A stretch of DNA of 64,000 nt from an uncultured Chloroflexia bacterium. Lineage in GTDB: Bacteria; Chloroflexota; Dehalococcoidia; DSTF01; WHTK01. The position numbers and the translations under genes are program-made. The notes beneath the pieces were generated by a model. It ran no database searches and was not told the origin of the DNA. It saw only the letters and a program-made list of their open reading frames with translations. Positions 9,744 through 19,567 of the stretch are shown piece by piece. Position 1 is the first letter of the stretch. The number at the start of each line of letters is the position of its first letter. The DNA lies in assembly GCA_963732945.1 (NCBI GenBank), contig CAVTBL010000017.1, positions 324,224 through 388,223 of the forward strand. The letters are read 5' to 3'.

Positions 9744-10586
9744 ATGGAGCCCAATTCCGAAGTCATGACCGACGATGGCGCCACGAGCGCCTCAGACTTC
9801 ACCGTCGCAGGCATGCGCCGGAAGCAAATCCTCGAGGCGGCGCGTACCTGCATCGCCGCCGACGGCTTCGACAGGCTGACAATGCGCAAGGTTGCCGAGC
9901 GGGCGCAGGTCAGTCATGCCACCATCGCGTATTACTTCCACTCACGCCGGGAGCTCATCGATTCGGCACTGCTTGATATCTCAAAAGACTTCATGGTGGA
10001 GCTGCGTCAGCGCAACCTGGCATACGGCACAAGGGACCTGATAGACCTTGTCAGCACATTCGTCAATCCGGAAAATGCCTCGGCGCGCTTCGTAGTGCAG
10101 ATGATAGATTCGGGGCTTCATGACCCGGAGCTGAGGCGCACGCACGACGAGTTCGTTGGCTACGGACGGGATCACATCGAGCGGTCCATCAGGGTCGGGA
10201 TGGAAGAGGGAGGCTTGCGCGACGATCTCGATCCAGTCGTAGCAGCCGCGCTGCTGCACGGCGTGCTGATCTGGTGGGAGGCCGAGCTGGCGAATGATGC
10301 GACCACGTGTGACCTCGCACGGGCCGCCGCCTGCATGATGCTGCAGTTGCTGGGACCGGACGACACCGCCCGCTCATCAAAGGCTGAATCATTACATGAG
10401 GTTGCCGACGGTTGGACCACCAATGGTTTTTCGTCGCGGACTCAGCCGTCGACGCTCCAGGTGATCGAGACGAGTCTCCGGAACGACTCCGAGCTGACTC
10501 CCGAGGTAGCGACGAATCTGGCAGACGTGTATCGGCGGCTGTACGACATGGCGGCCCAGGCGTCGTTGACCGGGCGGACGATATAG
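9744..10586 (+). CDS. TetR family transcriptional regulator (long C-terminal domain)
   Basis: ..RRKQILEAARTCIAADGFDRLTMRKVAERAQVSHATIAYYFHSRRELI.. is a TetR HTH. Divergent from the SDR gene. Confidence 0.85.
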   Translation: MEPNSEVMTDDGATSASDFTVAGMRRKQILEAARTCIAADGFDRLTMRKVAERAQVSHATIAYYFHSRRELIDSALLDISKDFMVELRQRNLAYGTRDLIDLVSTFVNPENASARFVVQMIDSGLHDPELRRTHDEFVGYGRDHIERSIRVGMEEGGLRDDLDPVVAAALLHGVLIWWEAELANDATTCDLARAAACMMLQLLGPDDTARSSKAESLHEVADGWTTNGFSSRTQPSTLQVIETSLRNDSELTPEVATNLADVYRRLYDMAAQASLTGRTI

Positions 10587-10753
10587 AACCAGCAGAGGAG
10601 GCGCCAGCGCCCAACCATCCCGGGTTTCACGAGTCGGAAGCTGCCGCGGTGTTTTCTGTCACTCGATTCGAGCCTTGACGTTCACGTCGATACCGCCGGT
10701 GGGAGCCGGGGCTACAGGTCGCCAGTTTAGAGTCAGGAGAGAGCCGAAGTTCC

Positions 10754-11932
10754 ATGAAACACAGCGAACGCAGGATCCTCACCACGCATTCAGGAAGCCT
10801 CATCAGACCCAGAGAACTCGTTGGCTTCTTCACCGACCTTCAGGAAGGCAAACAGATCGACGAAGCAGAGTACGGCGTAGCGTTGCGCAATGCCGTCGCC
10901 GATGTCGTTCGCAGGCAGTCCGAGGCTGGCATCGACATCGTCGACGACGGTGAGTTCACGAAGTCGAGTTGGGGCACCTACATCAACGAGCGCGTGTCCG
11001 GGTTCCGCCACGATCCCGAGCGCGAGATGGCGATCAATTACACGGGCAGTGACTCGGAGCGGTTCGCCGAGTTCTTCGACTCGCAGCCCGGAGGCGGCGC
11101 GCGACGGCGCTGGCGTGGCGCGGATGTCTGTGTGGGCCCGATCGTCTACAACGACGAGCACAGCATCAAACGCGACATCGAGAACCTCAAGGCGGCGACC
11201 GTTGCCGCCGGAGTGGAAGAGGCGTTCCTGCCCGTGGTGGCACCCGCAAGCGCCGCGTACAACGGCGTCAACGACTACTACCAGACAGACGAGGAATACG
11301 TTTACGCCCTAGCAGAGGCACTGCGCAGCGAGTACCTGGCAATATACCGGTCGGGTCTCTTGCTTCAAGTCGACGATGCCGTCCTCGCAAACGCCTATGA
11401 CGACCTGATGAGCAAAGGCCGTGAGACATATCGCAGGTGGGCTGAAGTGCGCATCGAGGCACTGAACCACGCATTGCGAGGCATCCCTGAGGACCGGGTG
11501 CGCTACCACCTTTGCTACGGCAGCTGGCACGCGCCACACGTCGCAGACGCACCGCTCTCGGAGCTCGTCGACTTGATTCTGCGCGTGAACGCCGGCGCCT
11601 ATTCGATCGAGGCGGCGAACGTGCGGCACGAGCACGAGTGGCGCGTCTGGGAGGATGTCAAGCTACCTGAGGGCAAGATCCTCATCCCTGGCGTCATAAC
11701 GCACCACACCATTTCGGTAGAACACCCCAGGCTAGTTGCCGACCGGATAATTCGCTACGCCGGCATCGTGGGTCGTGAGAACGTAATCGCGGGCACGGAC
11801 TGCGGCTTCCAGCAGGGTGGCCAAATCGAGCGCGTTCATCCGTCCATCATGTGGGCAAAGCTCGAATCGCTGGCCGAGGGTGCCCGCATGGCAAGTCAGG
11901 AACTATGGAGCGGAGTCAGCAATAGCAAGTGA
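10754..11932 (+). CDS. cobalamin-independent methionine synthase-like (MetE C-terminal/UROD-fold) protein, paralog 1
   Basis: MKHSERRILTTHSGSLIRP..VDDGEF..VRYHLCYGSWH..IEAANVRHEHEW..GTDCGF. These are MetE_C-like metal-site motifs, and the protein is only about 390 aa. Confidence 0.8.
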   Translation: MKHSERRILTTHSGSLIRPRELVGFFTDLQEGKQIDEAEYGVALRNAVADVVRRQSEAGIDIVDDGEFTKSSWGTYINERVSGFRHDPEREMAINYTGSDSERFAEFFDSQPGGGARRRWRGADVCVGPIVYNDEHSIKRDIENLKAATVAAGVEEAFLPVVAPASAAYNGVNDYYQTDEEYVYALAEALRSEYLAIYRSGLLLQVDDAVLANAYDDLMSKGRETYRRWAEVRIEALNHALRGIPEDRVRYHLCYGSWHAPHVADAPLSELVDLILRVNAGAYSIEAANVRHEHEWRVWEDVKLPEGKILIPGVITHHTISVEHPRLVADRIIRYAGIVGRENVIAGTDCGFQQGGQIERVHPSIMWAKLESLAEGARMASQELWSGVSNSK

Positions 11933-11942
11933 GGAGATCAGA

Positions 11943-12530
11943 ATGACTCAGAACATCGTCAGAGGCAGCCGCGCAGGCACTACCGTCAGGCAGCCGGATC
12001 CACCGGGCCCCGGCGAGATTCCCCAGACGCCACGCGAGATCGAGGGCCCCTACTTCCGCCTGGGTGCACCGAATCGCTCTAACCTGCTCGAGCCGGGCGA
12101 CAGGCCTGAACTCGTGCTCAGCGGCCGCGTGCTTAACGAGAAGGGGACGCCGATACCGGGAGCTGTCGTGAACCTCTGGTCGTCCGACGCGGCCGGCAAC
12201 TACGACATGATCGGCTATCGGTACCACGGCTATCAGACAACCGACGCACAGGGGCGCTACGAGTTCACAACCATCGTCCCGGGCTGCTACGAGCCGCGCA
12301 ACGGCAAGCACTTCCACGTCAAGGTTCAGGGCAACTCGAGCCCGATCACAACGCAGCTCTACGTGGAAGGTGAGCCCGGCAACGAGGAGGACCACTACTA
12401 CTCGTCCGAGCTTCTGGTGCACTGCACCACGGACAGCCAGGGAACGAAGTACGGTACGTTCGACTTCGTGCTCAAGCAGGTCACGGAGCGCGAAAACGTG
12501 ACGCCGGAGAGCCTGGCCGCGCGCGTGTAA
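11943..12530 (+). CDS. intradiol ring-cleavage dioxygenase family protein
   Basis: ..LSGRVLNEKGTPIPGAVVNLWSSDAAGNYD..GRYEFTTIVPGCYE..KHFHVKV. ATG at 11943. The ORF-track start at 11817 overlaps the previous gene. Confidence 0.8.
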   Translation: MTQNIVRGSRAGTTVRQPDPPGPGEIPQTPREIEGPYFRLGAPNRSNLLEPGDRPELVLSGRVLNEKGTPIPGAVVNLWSSDAAGNYDMIGYRYHGYQTTDAQGRYEFTTIVPGCYEPRNGKHFHVKVQGNSSPITTQLYVEGEPGNEEDHYYSSELLVHCTTDSQGTKYGTFDFVLKQVTERENVTPESLAARV

Positions 12531-12545
12531 GCAACGACTCAGACG

Positions 12546-12590
12546 ATAACTAGGCGTCAGACGCCACTCCACTGACGCCTAGTTATTTTG
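12546..12590 (+). terminator. intrinsic terminator
   Basis: Perfect 15-bp stem, ATAACTAGGCGTCAG (12546-12560) with CTGACGCCTAGTTAT (12572-12586), followed by TTT. Confidence 0.8.
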
Positions 12591-12609
12591 TGCCCGGGAG
12601 GAGCAGACC

Positions 12610-13581
12610 GTGAAGGCGATGCTGGTGAACGACTTCGGAGGCCCGGACGTCCTTTCGTACGAGGACGTCCCGGAGCCGGACATGGCTGCCGACGAAGTGC
12701 TCGTCGAGCAGGAAGTGATCGGCGTCAACTACAGCGACCTGCAGTACCGTCGCGGACGCTACGGCAGTAGCCTGCCGCTTATCCCCGGTCACGAGGGCGG
12801 CGGCCGCATTCTCAAGACCGGCGCCGAAGTCGCGAACTTCCAACCCGGCGACCGCGTTGTCTATGCCGGCCAGCATCGGCGCGGGACCTACAAAGAGCTA
12901 ATGAGCGTTCCCGCCTCGGCCCTGGTTAGAGTGCCCTCTGACATCGATCTCAAGCTCGCAACAGCCGTCCTCAACCAGGGACGGACCGCTCATTACCTTA
13001 CACACGACGCCCATCCGGTAGCCGCCGGTGAGCGCGTCCTGATTCACGCCGCTGCGGGTGGAGTCGGCTCGAACCTGGTACAGATGGCGAAGCGTCGGGG
13101 TGCCTACGTTTACGCCACCGTCTCCAGCCTTGCGAAAGCAAGATTCGCCACCGAACTCGGTGCCGACGAGGTTATCAACTACAACGAGGTCGATTTCGAA
13201 GAGGAGATTAAGCGCCGCACTACTGGAGAAGGCGTCGACGTGATCTTCGATGCCAACGGCGGTGATTTCCTCGCTAAAGGTCTGCGGTGCCTTGCGCGCA
13301 AAGGTCATCTCGTCACGTATGGCCAGACCGCCGGCCCGCCGCCGCCGCTGGAATGGCCACAACGCGGTCTCGGCTCCCTTTACCTCAGCTACCACACCGG
13401 CCCTGACTACGTTCATCCCGGCGAAGAAGCCGACAGGCGAGATGCCGACATATTTCGTTGGCTACGCGAGGGCGAGTTACGTGTGCACGTGCACCGTGAA
13501 TACCGACTCGAGGACGCCGCCTCGGCGCATCGGGAAGTCGAGAGCCGTCAGACTATTGGCAAGGTACTGCTCATACCCTAG
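12610..13581 (+). CDS. NADPH:quinone oxidoreductase / zinc-binding dehydrogenase (MDR) family
   Basis: MKAMLVNDFGGPDVLSYEDVPEP...AAAGGVGS.. GTG start. Confidence 0.85.
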   Translation: MKAMLVNDFGGPDVLSYEDVPEPDMAADEVLVEQEVIGVNYSDLQYRRGRYGSSLPLIPGHEGGGRILKTGAEVANFQPGDRVVYAGQHRRGTYKELMSVPASALVRVPSDIDLKLATAVLNQGRTAHYLTHDAHPVAAGERVLIHAAAGGVGSNLVQMAKRRGAYVYATVSSLAKARFATELGADEVINYNEVDFEEEIKRRTTGEGVDVIFDANGGDFLAKGLRCLARKGHLVTYGQTAGPPPPLEWPQRGLGSLYLSYHTGPDYVHPGEEADRRDADIFRWLREGELRVHVHREYRLEDAASAHREVESRQTIGKVLLIP

Positions 13582-13796
13582 TTGAGGTGCTCCCAACACG
13601 ATGACAGCTCTCTGTAGGGTTAGGATCAGCCAGGCAGGCCGGAGTGACCCTACTTATGACATGGCGAGCTTCTGCCTTGTACGCGATCTGTCCTCCAGCC
13701 TGTCGGGCGTTACGGGCTTGACCTAATAGGAGCCGGTCTTCAGACCCAAGAAAGCCCAGTCAGCCGCAGCCCGACTATCCCGCCAAGGAGGGCCCT

Positions 13797-13892
13797 TTGA
13801 CTACCATCGGAGTCGACGCTCACAAGAGCATGAAGGCTCAAACCTCCACATCCAGAAAAGAAATCGACCCCACAGCGCCCTGGGCTGGCTAA
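13797..13892 (+). mobile_element. possible 5' remnant of an IS110-family transposase gene
   Basis: AAGGAGG then TTG ACT ACC ATC GGA GTC GAC GCT CAC AAG = (M)TTIGVDAHK, the characteristic IS110 N-terminus. The frame then degenerates and stops after 31 codons. The surrounding DNA is visibly lower in GC. Confidence 0.3.
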
Positions 13893-14068
13893 CGTCCGAG
13901 GAGTACCGTCTCGGGATTACGCGATCAGAAGCAGGTGTGCAAAGCCTCGGACTTCTCTCACGCAATCTGTTAGTCACTGGGGGCAGGTCACAGCGGCCCT
14001 CATTTGTTCGGGACGCCCGCGCCGCTGCAGCGCGAAACGCTATGATCGCTTCAGGCAGATGAACAGCT

Positions 14069-14392
14069 ATGGATGAACGAACACCGAAGCCCATAGCGTG
14101 GCTGCGTTTCGGAATCGACGGGCCAGATGGGATATTTCTGTCCGACAGGGCCCGGTGGAGTGCGGCTCATCGCGAACACTCGTGGCAAAACAGAGGTGTC
14201 ATCGTAGGCTCGGACGACTGGAGTGCGCGTTATCTGGTTGCAGCGTTTCCCTGGGCCACTACCGAGTTGACACCCTGCGAGGTCTGCGGTGAACCGAATG
14301 CCCTGATAGTCGGAGGAGGCGCCGGCAACATTCTCTATATCGGCGGCGACCTCACCGAAGCAGAACGTGTCTTTGACGAGGCCTTTAACTGA
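14069..14392 (+). CDS. hypothetical protein
   Basis: 107-aa ORF in the lower-GC islet. No family recognised. Confidence 0.35.
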   Translation: MDERTPKPIAWLRFGIDGPDGIFLSDRARWSAAHREHSWQNRGVIVGSDDWSARYLVAAFPWATTELTPCEVCGEPNALIVGGGAGNILYIGGDLTEAERVFDEAFN

Positions 14393-14458
14393 AGACACGA
14401 GGTTAGGGAGCCCGAACTCTGGTGTCCTGTGTGACGCCCCGTACTCTAGTCCGGTCAT

Positions 14459-14932
14459 TCATTGGACCAGCCTCCCGATTGCATACGTCTCCAACGTTGC
14501 CTGCGCACGGTTGCTGTGCGAATCGCCGGTTCCGCCCTTCGTCTCCCATGCCTGTGTTGCCTCCTTCCCACACCACGGCAGCAGCACCTCTGGCTCGGTC
14601 GGATGCTTCGGTATATATGTGGTGATGTCATAGACGACGCCGTCGATGACCATCCAGCAACTGGCTGCGTTGTCGTGCTCGGCCACATCCTGCATCGTAA
14701 TTCCGGTGGATCCGGTAGAGCCGGTGGCTTCTGGACTCTGGACGGGTGTGGCGCCACCCGGAATCGGAGTACCGACACCTGGAAACGTAGTCGCACTGGA
14801 CGGTACCGGACTCGTTGGCGCGAACGTTACGCGTTTATCGTCTGGGGCAAGTCGGTTGACCGCGACCAGCGTCAGGATGCTAGCAACAAAGGCCACGATT
14901 ACCGTGTAAGCCACCTTACCCATGATGGTCAT
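14459..14932 (-). CDS. membrane-anchored cytochrome b5-like heme-binding domain protein
   Basis: N-terminal TM (VAYTVIVAFVASILTLVAV) and a Pro/Thr/Ser linker. The domain ..HDNAASCWMVIDGVVYDITTYIPKHP...GDSHSNRA retains both axial His positions (HP.. and ..HS). Confidence 0.75.
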   Translation of the reverse strand: MTIMGKVAYTVIVAFVASILTLVAVNRLAPDDKRVTFAPTSPVPSSATTFPGVGTPIPGGATPVQSPEATGSTGSTGITMQDVAEHDNAASCWMVIDGVVYDITTYIPKHPTEPEVLLPWCGKEATQAWETKGGTGDSHSNRAQATLETYAIGRLVQ

Positions 14933-16239
14933 AAGAAGGTGAACTCCTCGCTGTGAATACGAGAACCCGTTATGCCTTCAGACTTCAAGACGCGTCGCAG
15001 GTAGGCCAGCATTGGTGGCGGACCGCAGAGGTAAGCTTCGCGTTCTCGAAAATCGGGGCAGTGCTTCTCAAGAAACGCGGGCGTAAGCGGCCCCTCCGAA
15101 CTGAAGTAGTGCTCAGTCAGCTCCAGACCTTCCGCCTGCCGAACACAATCAAGAAGTACCGTTCGGTAGTAGGCGCGCTCCATGCTGTCGGCAAGGTAAA
15201 CGAGGTGCACTCCGCCGGGCCCTGCGTTCCCTTCTGAGGCAATCGCGCGCGCGCCACCGACCATCGGCGTAATGCCGATGCCACCGCCAAGCCAGAGTTG
15301 CCCTCGCTCAGGGTAATGCCGGGCGAAGAAGTCGCCGTAAGGACCCTCTATCCAGACGGCGGTGGTCGGTCGAAGCTGCTGCAAGGAGCGGCTGGCGTCA
15401 CCAAGGTCCTTGATCCCCAGTCGAAGGAGACCCTCGTGGGGCGACGACGACAGCGAATAGGGGTGCTCCTCGAGCCGGCCTGATTGAAGGCCCGTATCCG
15501 TGGGCGTCATATAAATGAACTGACCCGGCCGGTAGTGCAGTGCATGGCGCTCGGGTTGCAGGCTGATCTGAACCACGTCCGGCGCCAACTTCTCGATGCT
15601 AACGACCGTGTACGGCAGTCGTCCCGTCAGCCTCGAGCCGATTCTGCGCCAGGCCACGGACGCGACTGCCATTGCGCCGATCACCCACCAAACCGTGGAT
15701 TGTGCCCCGAATCCAGTCGCGTGCAACACGGCCAGCAACAAGCCGGTTGGAGCTGCAATCATGTGCAGGAGCTTCCAGCCCTGGTACCGCGGTGGCCCAA
15801 AGAACTTGAAGGATGGTGCCAGAAAGACCGTCAGCGCAAGCAGTGCAAGCCAACCCAACCAGACGCTGGTTGAGGACAACGCCGGAAACAAGACGCGAGC
15901 AGGCAACTCCCTGGAAATCGGCAAGGCGCTCAGTGCGATCAGTTCGACATGCACAAAGACGAGCACGAATCCGCCAAACCCCAGCAGGTGATGCAGCTTC
16001 CACAATCGCGTCAGGCCGCCGAAGGCACGGTCAAGGCGAGGGATACGTATGCTGACGATGCCGGCCGTGAGAATCATCGAGAGGCCGAGAATGCCACAAC
16101 CACGACCAACCATGAGCAGGGAATCGCCCAGGTCATCTCCGAATCTTGCCGAAAGGCGATCAAACGAAAGCGCCAGAGGGACGAAGATCAAGACGAGAAG
16201 CAGGTCGCCGGGCTTGAGATAGGCCCGCAGTGCTGCCAC
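14929..16239 (-). CDS. ferric reductase-like transmembrane + FAD/NAD(P)-binding oxidoreductase (bacterial Nox-like)
   Basis: Polytopic N-terminal domain with paired His. Carries HPYS (the FAD HPF(T/S)-type motif) and GGGIGITP (NAD(P)-binding). GTG start. Its stop overlaps the b5 gene start as ATGA. Confidence 0.85.
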   Translation of the reverse strand: MAALRAYLKPGDLLLVLIFVPLALSFDRLSARFGDDLGDSLLMVGRGCGILGLSMILTAGIVSIRIPRLDRAFGGLTRLWKLHHLLGFGGFVLVFVHVELIALSALPISRELPARVLFPALSSTSVWLGWLALLALTVFLAPSFKFFGPPRYQGWKLLHMIAAPTGLLLAVLHATGFGAQSTVWWVIGAMAVASVAWRRIGSRLTGRLPYTVVSIEKLAPDVVQISLQPERHALHYRPGQFIYMTPTDTGLQSGRLEEHPYSLSSSPHEGLLRLGIKDLGDASRSLQQLRPTTAVWIEGPYGDFFARHYPERGQLWLGGGIGITPMVGGARAIASEGNAGPGGVHLVYLADSMERAYYRTVLLDCVRQAEGLELTEHYFSSEGPLTPAFLEKHCPDFREREAYLCGPPPMLAYLRRVLKSEGITGSRIHSEEFTFL

Positions 16240-16245
16240 TACGAC

Positions 16246-16526
16246 TCACCAGCGGCGAATGCAGCCACCCGGACACGGGACCTTGCCCTTGTGCGCAGGC
16301 ACGCCACGATGCGGATCAAGGTGCGGAGACAGCACTCCTCTAATCCATCGGAGATTACGAGCCAGATCCCACGCCCCACCAAACCATGCTACAGCGGGAT
16401 AAGAAAGACGCCACCAGCGACGTACGACACCATGCGCCGACCGTGATGGTCGAATGATTCCTTGCCTTCCGCGTTTGGCTCCGCCGCCGCTGGCTGGCGA
16501 ACGGCATTCGTGAGTAATGGAGACAT
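16246..16526 (-). pseudogene. possible small membrane protein upstream of the Nox-like gene (frame break)
   Basis: ATG at 16526 gives MSPLLTNAVRQPAAAEPNAEGKESFDHHGRRMVSYVAGGVFLIPL*. The adjacent frame continues ..PAVAWFGGAWDLARNLRWIRGVLSPHLDPHRGVPAHKGKVPCPGGCIRRW*. It ends 6 nt before the Nox-like GTG. Both pieces fall below the ORF-track size cut-off. Confidence 0.25.
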
Positions 16527-16624
16527 TCGACTCTCACAATGAGGGTCGTTTGTCCCTATAGTGCGATCGGTCTAACTCGTAGATTGAATCGAGTCGATCG
16601 ACGAATTTCGAAAGGAGCCCAGAC

Positions 16625-16975
16625 ATGGCAGATCGCACGCCGCGAGAGGTCTTTGCCCATCACGCGCAGGTTCTTGGTGCCGGAGACCTGGAAGGAATCG
16701 TGTCTGATTACACGGACGACGCCGTGTTCGTCACGCCCGAAGGTGTGCTTCGGGGCAAGGATGGCGTAAGGCAGGGCTTCACGAAGCTACTTTCCGACGT
16801 GCCCAATGCCGCCTGGGAGCTACCAACCCAGATCTACGAAGGCGACATTCTGTTCCTGGAGTGGAAGGCTGACTCAGCTCGGACGCGCGTGGAAGACGGG
16901 ATCGACACCTTCGTCTTTCGCGATGGATTGATCCGCGTCCAGACCGTTCGCTACACCCTGATTCAGAAGGCCTGA
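16625..16975 (+). CDS. SnoaL-like / NTF2-superfamily protein
   Basis: ..LEGIVSDYTDDAVFVTPEGVLRGKDGVRQGF... The size and pattern are typical of the SnoaL_2 fold. Confidence 0.75.
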   Translation: MADRTPREVFAHHAQVLGAGDLEGIVSDYTDDAVFVTPEGVLRGKDGVRQGFTKLLSDVPNAAWELPTQIYEGDILFLEWKADSARTRVEDGIDTFVFRDGLIRVQTVRYTLIQKA

Positions 16976-16979
16976 TTCG

Positions 16980-18008
16980 ATGAAGGCTGTCCGTTTGCAT
17001 GCCTACCGGGAGCGCCCCCGGCTCGAGGACATTGCTGAACCCAAGATCACCGCGCCGTTCGATGTGATCGTGCGTATCGGCGGCGCCGGCTTGTGCCGTA
17101 CAGACCTGCATATCGTCGAAGGCCAGTGGCAGAGCAAGAGCCACGTGGCGCTGCCGTACACGCTCGGTCATGAGAACGCAGGCTGGGTGGAGGCAGTCGG
17201 CACAGCAGTCGATCATGTCGCGGTCGGAGACACGGTGATCGTTCATCCGCTGATTACGTGCGGACTGTGCAGAGCCTGCCGGGCGGGCAACGACATGCAC
17301 TGCGTTCGGTCAGCGTTCCCCGGCATAGATACCGACGGAGGCTTCGCTGAGTTGCTCAAGACAGGCGCCCGCTCGGTGGTCAAGCTCGATCCCGGCGTCC
17401 GACCCGAGGACGTCGCCGCACTCGCCGATGCCGGTCTGACTGCCTACCACGCCGCCAGAAAGGCGGCGCCTATCCTGTACCCCGGTACGTTCGCCGTTGT
17501 CATCGGCGCCGGTGGCCTGGGTCACATCGGCATCCAATCACTGAAGGCGCTGACCGCCGCGACGATAATCGTCGTCGATCGGTCCGAGGCGGCGCTACAG
17601 CTGGCTCGCGAATGCGGCGCCGATCAGATCGTCCTTGCCGACGGCTCAGAGGTCGCAAAAGTCCGTGAGCTTACGGGCGGCGCCGGCTGTGAGGCCGTGC
17701 TGGACTTCGTTGGCGAGGGCGGGGCGTTGGAGGACGGCATCGCCATGCTGCGTCGTGCCGGTACGTACTACGTGATCGGCTACGGCGGAGTTCTCCAGGT
17801 GCCTGCAATCGACATCATCTCGACCGAGATCAACTTCGTTGGCAATCTGGTTGGCACGTACAACGATCTCGTTGAGCTGATGACCCTCACCGCTCAGGGC
17901 CGAGTGACCCTCCGCACCCAGCGCTACCCGCTCGATGCCGTCAACGACGCCATGGACGACCTCGAACAAGGTCGCCTCCACGGCCGCGGCATTCTGGTGC
18001 CGGCATGA
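16980..18008 (+). CDS. zinc-dependent NAD(P) alcohol dehydrogenase
   Basis: GLCRTDLH, GHE, CGLCRACRAGNDMHC (structural Zn), GAGGLGH. Confidence 0.9.
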   Translation: MKAVRLHAYRERPRLEDIAEPKITAPFDVIVRIGGAGLCRTDLHIVEGQWQSKSHVALPYTLGHENAGWVEAVGTAVDHVAVGDTVIVHPLITCGLCRACRAGNDMHCVRSAFPGIDTDGGFAELLKTGARSVVKLDPGVRPEDVAALADAGLTAYHAARKAAPILYPGTFAVVIGAGGLGHIGIQSLKALTAATIIVVDRSEAALQLARECGADQIVLADGSEVAKVRELTGGAGCEAVLDFVGEGGALEDGIAMLRRAGTYYVIGYGGVLQVPAIDIISTEINFVGNLVGTYNDLVELMTLTAQGRVTLRTQRYPLDAVNDAMDDLEQGRLHGRGILVPA

Positions 18009-18225
18009 CTTCAACTTAGCCGGACGGAGATGTTCAGTCGGCATCGCTGCGCCATGGCCCCATCCTGGGCAATCCGAGGGTCAGTCTCGGAGCGCAATAG
18101 GCGCGTCCAAGTCCAGGAGAGCCCTGACACGATGACCAAATCACATTCGCAGAGGCTCCCAACCCGGTGCAAATCAGAACCACTGATTTAGAATCCTTGG
18201 ACGACATCCGGCTGAGGAGGCAATC

Positions 18226-19113
18226 ATGGCTCGGCTTATTCCGTCTGGCGAGATTCTTGGAGTCAGGGTCGAGGATGTAGACCTGTCGAAGCCACTCTCC
18301 GATGTCGACTTCGACCTGATACTCCATGGCTTCGCCGACTACGGCGTGCTCTGCTTCCCCAACCAGACACTTGACCCAGCGGCTCACAAAGCCTTCGGTA
18401 GCCGGTTCGGCTCGCTCGAGATCAATGTCGCGTCCGGCCCATTCTCGGTGCCTGACCATCCGGAGCTCATGTTCCTCTCGAACATCGTCGAGAACGGCCG
18501 GCCGCTCGGCCTCAACGATGCCGGCCAGGCATGGCACACCGACATGTCGTACTCGGAACCGATCGCCTTCCTGAACGTGCTCTACGCCATCGAAGTGCCT
18601 CAGCGCGACGGCGTAGCCCTGGGCGATACGTTGTTCTGCAACATGCGTGCCGCTTACGACGGCCTGCCGGAAGACCTGAAGAATCGCATCGCAGGTCGGA
18701 CCGCCACGCACGACTTCGCCAAGCTCTGGGACGAGATGCGCCAGAGGCCCGGCAGCATTCGCACAGCCCTGACACCCGAACAACGCCGGCAGAAACCGCC
18801 GGTACGCCATCCTCTGGTCCTCGAACATCCCGTGAACGGGCGCAAGAGTCTCTATTGCAACCCCGGCTACACGGTCAGCATCGAGGGGATGCCTGAACAG
18901 GAGAGCAACGAGCTGCTCGAGTTCCTCTTCGAACATCAGGAGAAGAAGCAGTACCAATATGCCCACAACTGGACGCAGGGAGACGTGCTGGCATGGGACA
19001 ACCTCTGGACGATCCACAACGCTGTCGCTGATTACCGCCCCGAAGAGCATCGCCTGATGCGCCGCTGTCAGGTCATGGCCGACAAGGTGTTCGCCAACGC
19101 TTCAGCCTCTTAA
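18226..19113 (+). CDS. TauD/TfdA family Fe(II)/2-oxoglutarate dioxygenase
   Basis: ..WHTDMSY.. (HxD) and ..LAWDNLWTIHNA.. (distal His). Confidence 0.85.
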   Translation: MARLIPSGEILGVRVEDVDLSKPLSDVDFDLILHGFADYGVLCFPNQTLDPAAHKAFGSRFGSLEINVASGPFSVPDHPELMFLSNIVENGRPLGLNDAGQAWHTDMSYSEPIAFLNVLYAIEVPQRDGVALGDTLFCNMRAAYDGLPEDLKNRIAGRTATHDFAKLWDEMRQRPGSIRTALTPEQRRQKPPVRHPLVLEHPVNGRKSLYCNPGYTVSIEGMPEQESNELLEFLFEHQEKKQYQYAHNWTQGDVLAWDNLWTIHNAVADYRPEEHRLMRRCQVMADKVFANASAS

Positions 19114-19152
19114 GAGACGGTGACGCGCTACGATGCTCGGTCGAGACCAAGA

Positions 19153-19186
19153 GAAGAGGCCGGCTCCCTCTGGTGCCGGCCTCTTC
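19153..19186. terminator. shared hairpin terminator between convergent genes
   Basis: Perfect 12-bp stem, GAAGAGGCCGGC (19153-19164) with GCCGGCCTCTTC (19175-19186). It lies between the TauD stop (19113) and the RNA-binding protein stop (19232). Confidence 0.65.
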
Positions 19187-19231
19187 GTCTCGGTTAGTCA
19201 GGTCTGCGGCGTCAAGCCGCCTGCGGACCGC

Positions 19232-19567
19232 TTACCAGCGGTTGCCACCGCCGCCGCCACGGCTGTTGCCGTAACCACCGCCGCCGCCGCCGTAACCGCC
19301 GCGATTGCCGCCGGAGCCGCGCTCTTCGCGGGGCTTGGCTTCGTTCACGGTCAAGGTGCGACCCTGGAGCTGCGTACCGTTGAGTCCGGCGATGGCCGCC
19401 TGGGACTCGGCCTGGTTCGCCATCTCAACGAAGCCGAAGCCGCGAGCACGACCGGTGTCGCGGTCTGTGGCGATTCGAGCGGATGTGACAGCGCCGTAGG
19501 TGGCAAAGGCGGCCTGAAGGTCGCTCTCGCTCGTGTCGAAGCTCAGGTTTCCAACGTAAATGTTCAA
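19232..19567 (-). CDS. RRM-type glycine-rich RNA-binding protein
   Basis: (L)NIYVGNLSF (RNP2), RGFGFVEM (RNP1), and a C-terminal RGG/GGY tail. I prefer the TTG at 19567 directly before NIYVGNL over the ORF-track start at 19603. Confidence 0.85.
   Translation of the reverse strand: MNIYVGNLSFDTSESDLQAAFATYGAVTSARIATDRDTGRARGFGFVEMANQAESQAAIAGLNGTQLQGRTLTVNEAKPREERGSGGNRGGYGGGGGGYGNSRGGGGGNRW

Noticed and set aside
10587-10753. Possible cobalamin riboswitch upstream of MetE-like paralog 1 (AGTCAGGAGA resembles the start of the B12 box)
   Set aside because: Only the first about 10 of 16 B12-box positions match, and they coincide with the ribosome-binding site. The other conserved riboswitch core segments were not found by eye. 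An Infernal/Rfam scan would settle it.
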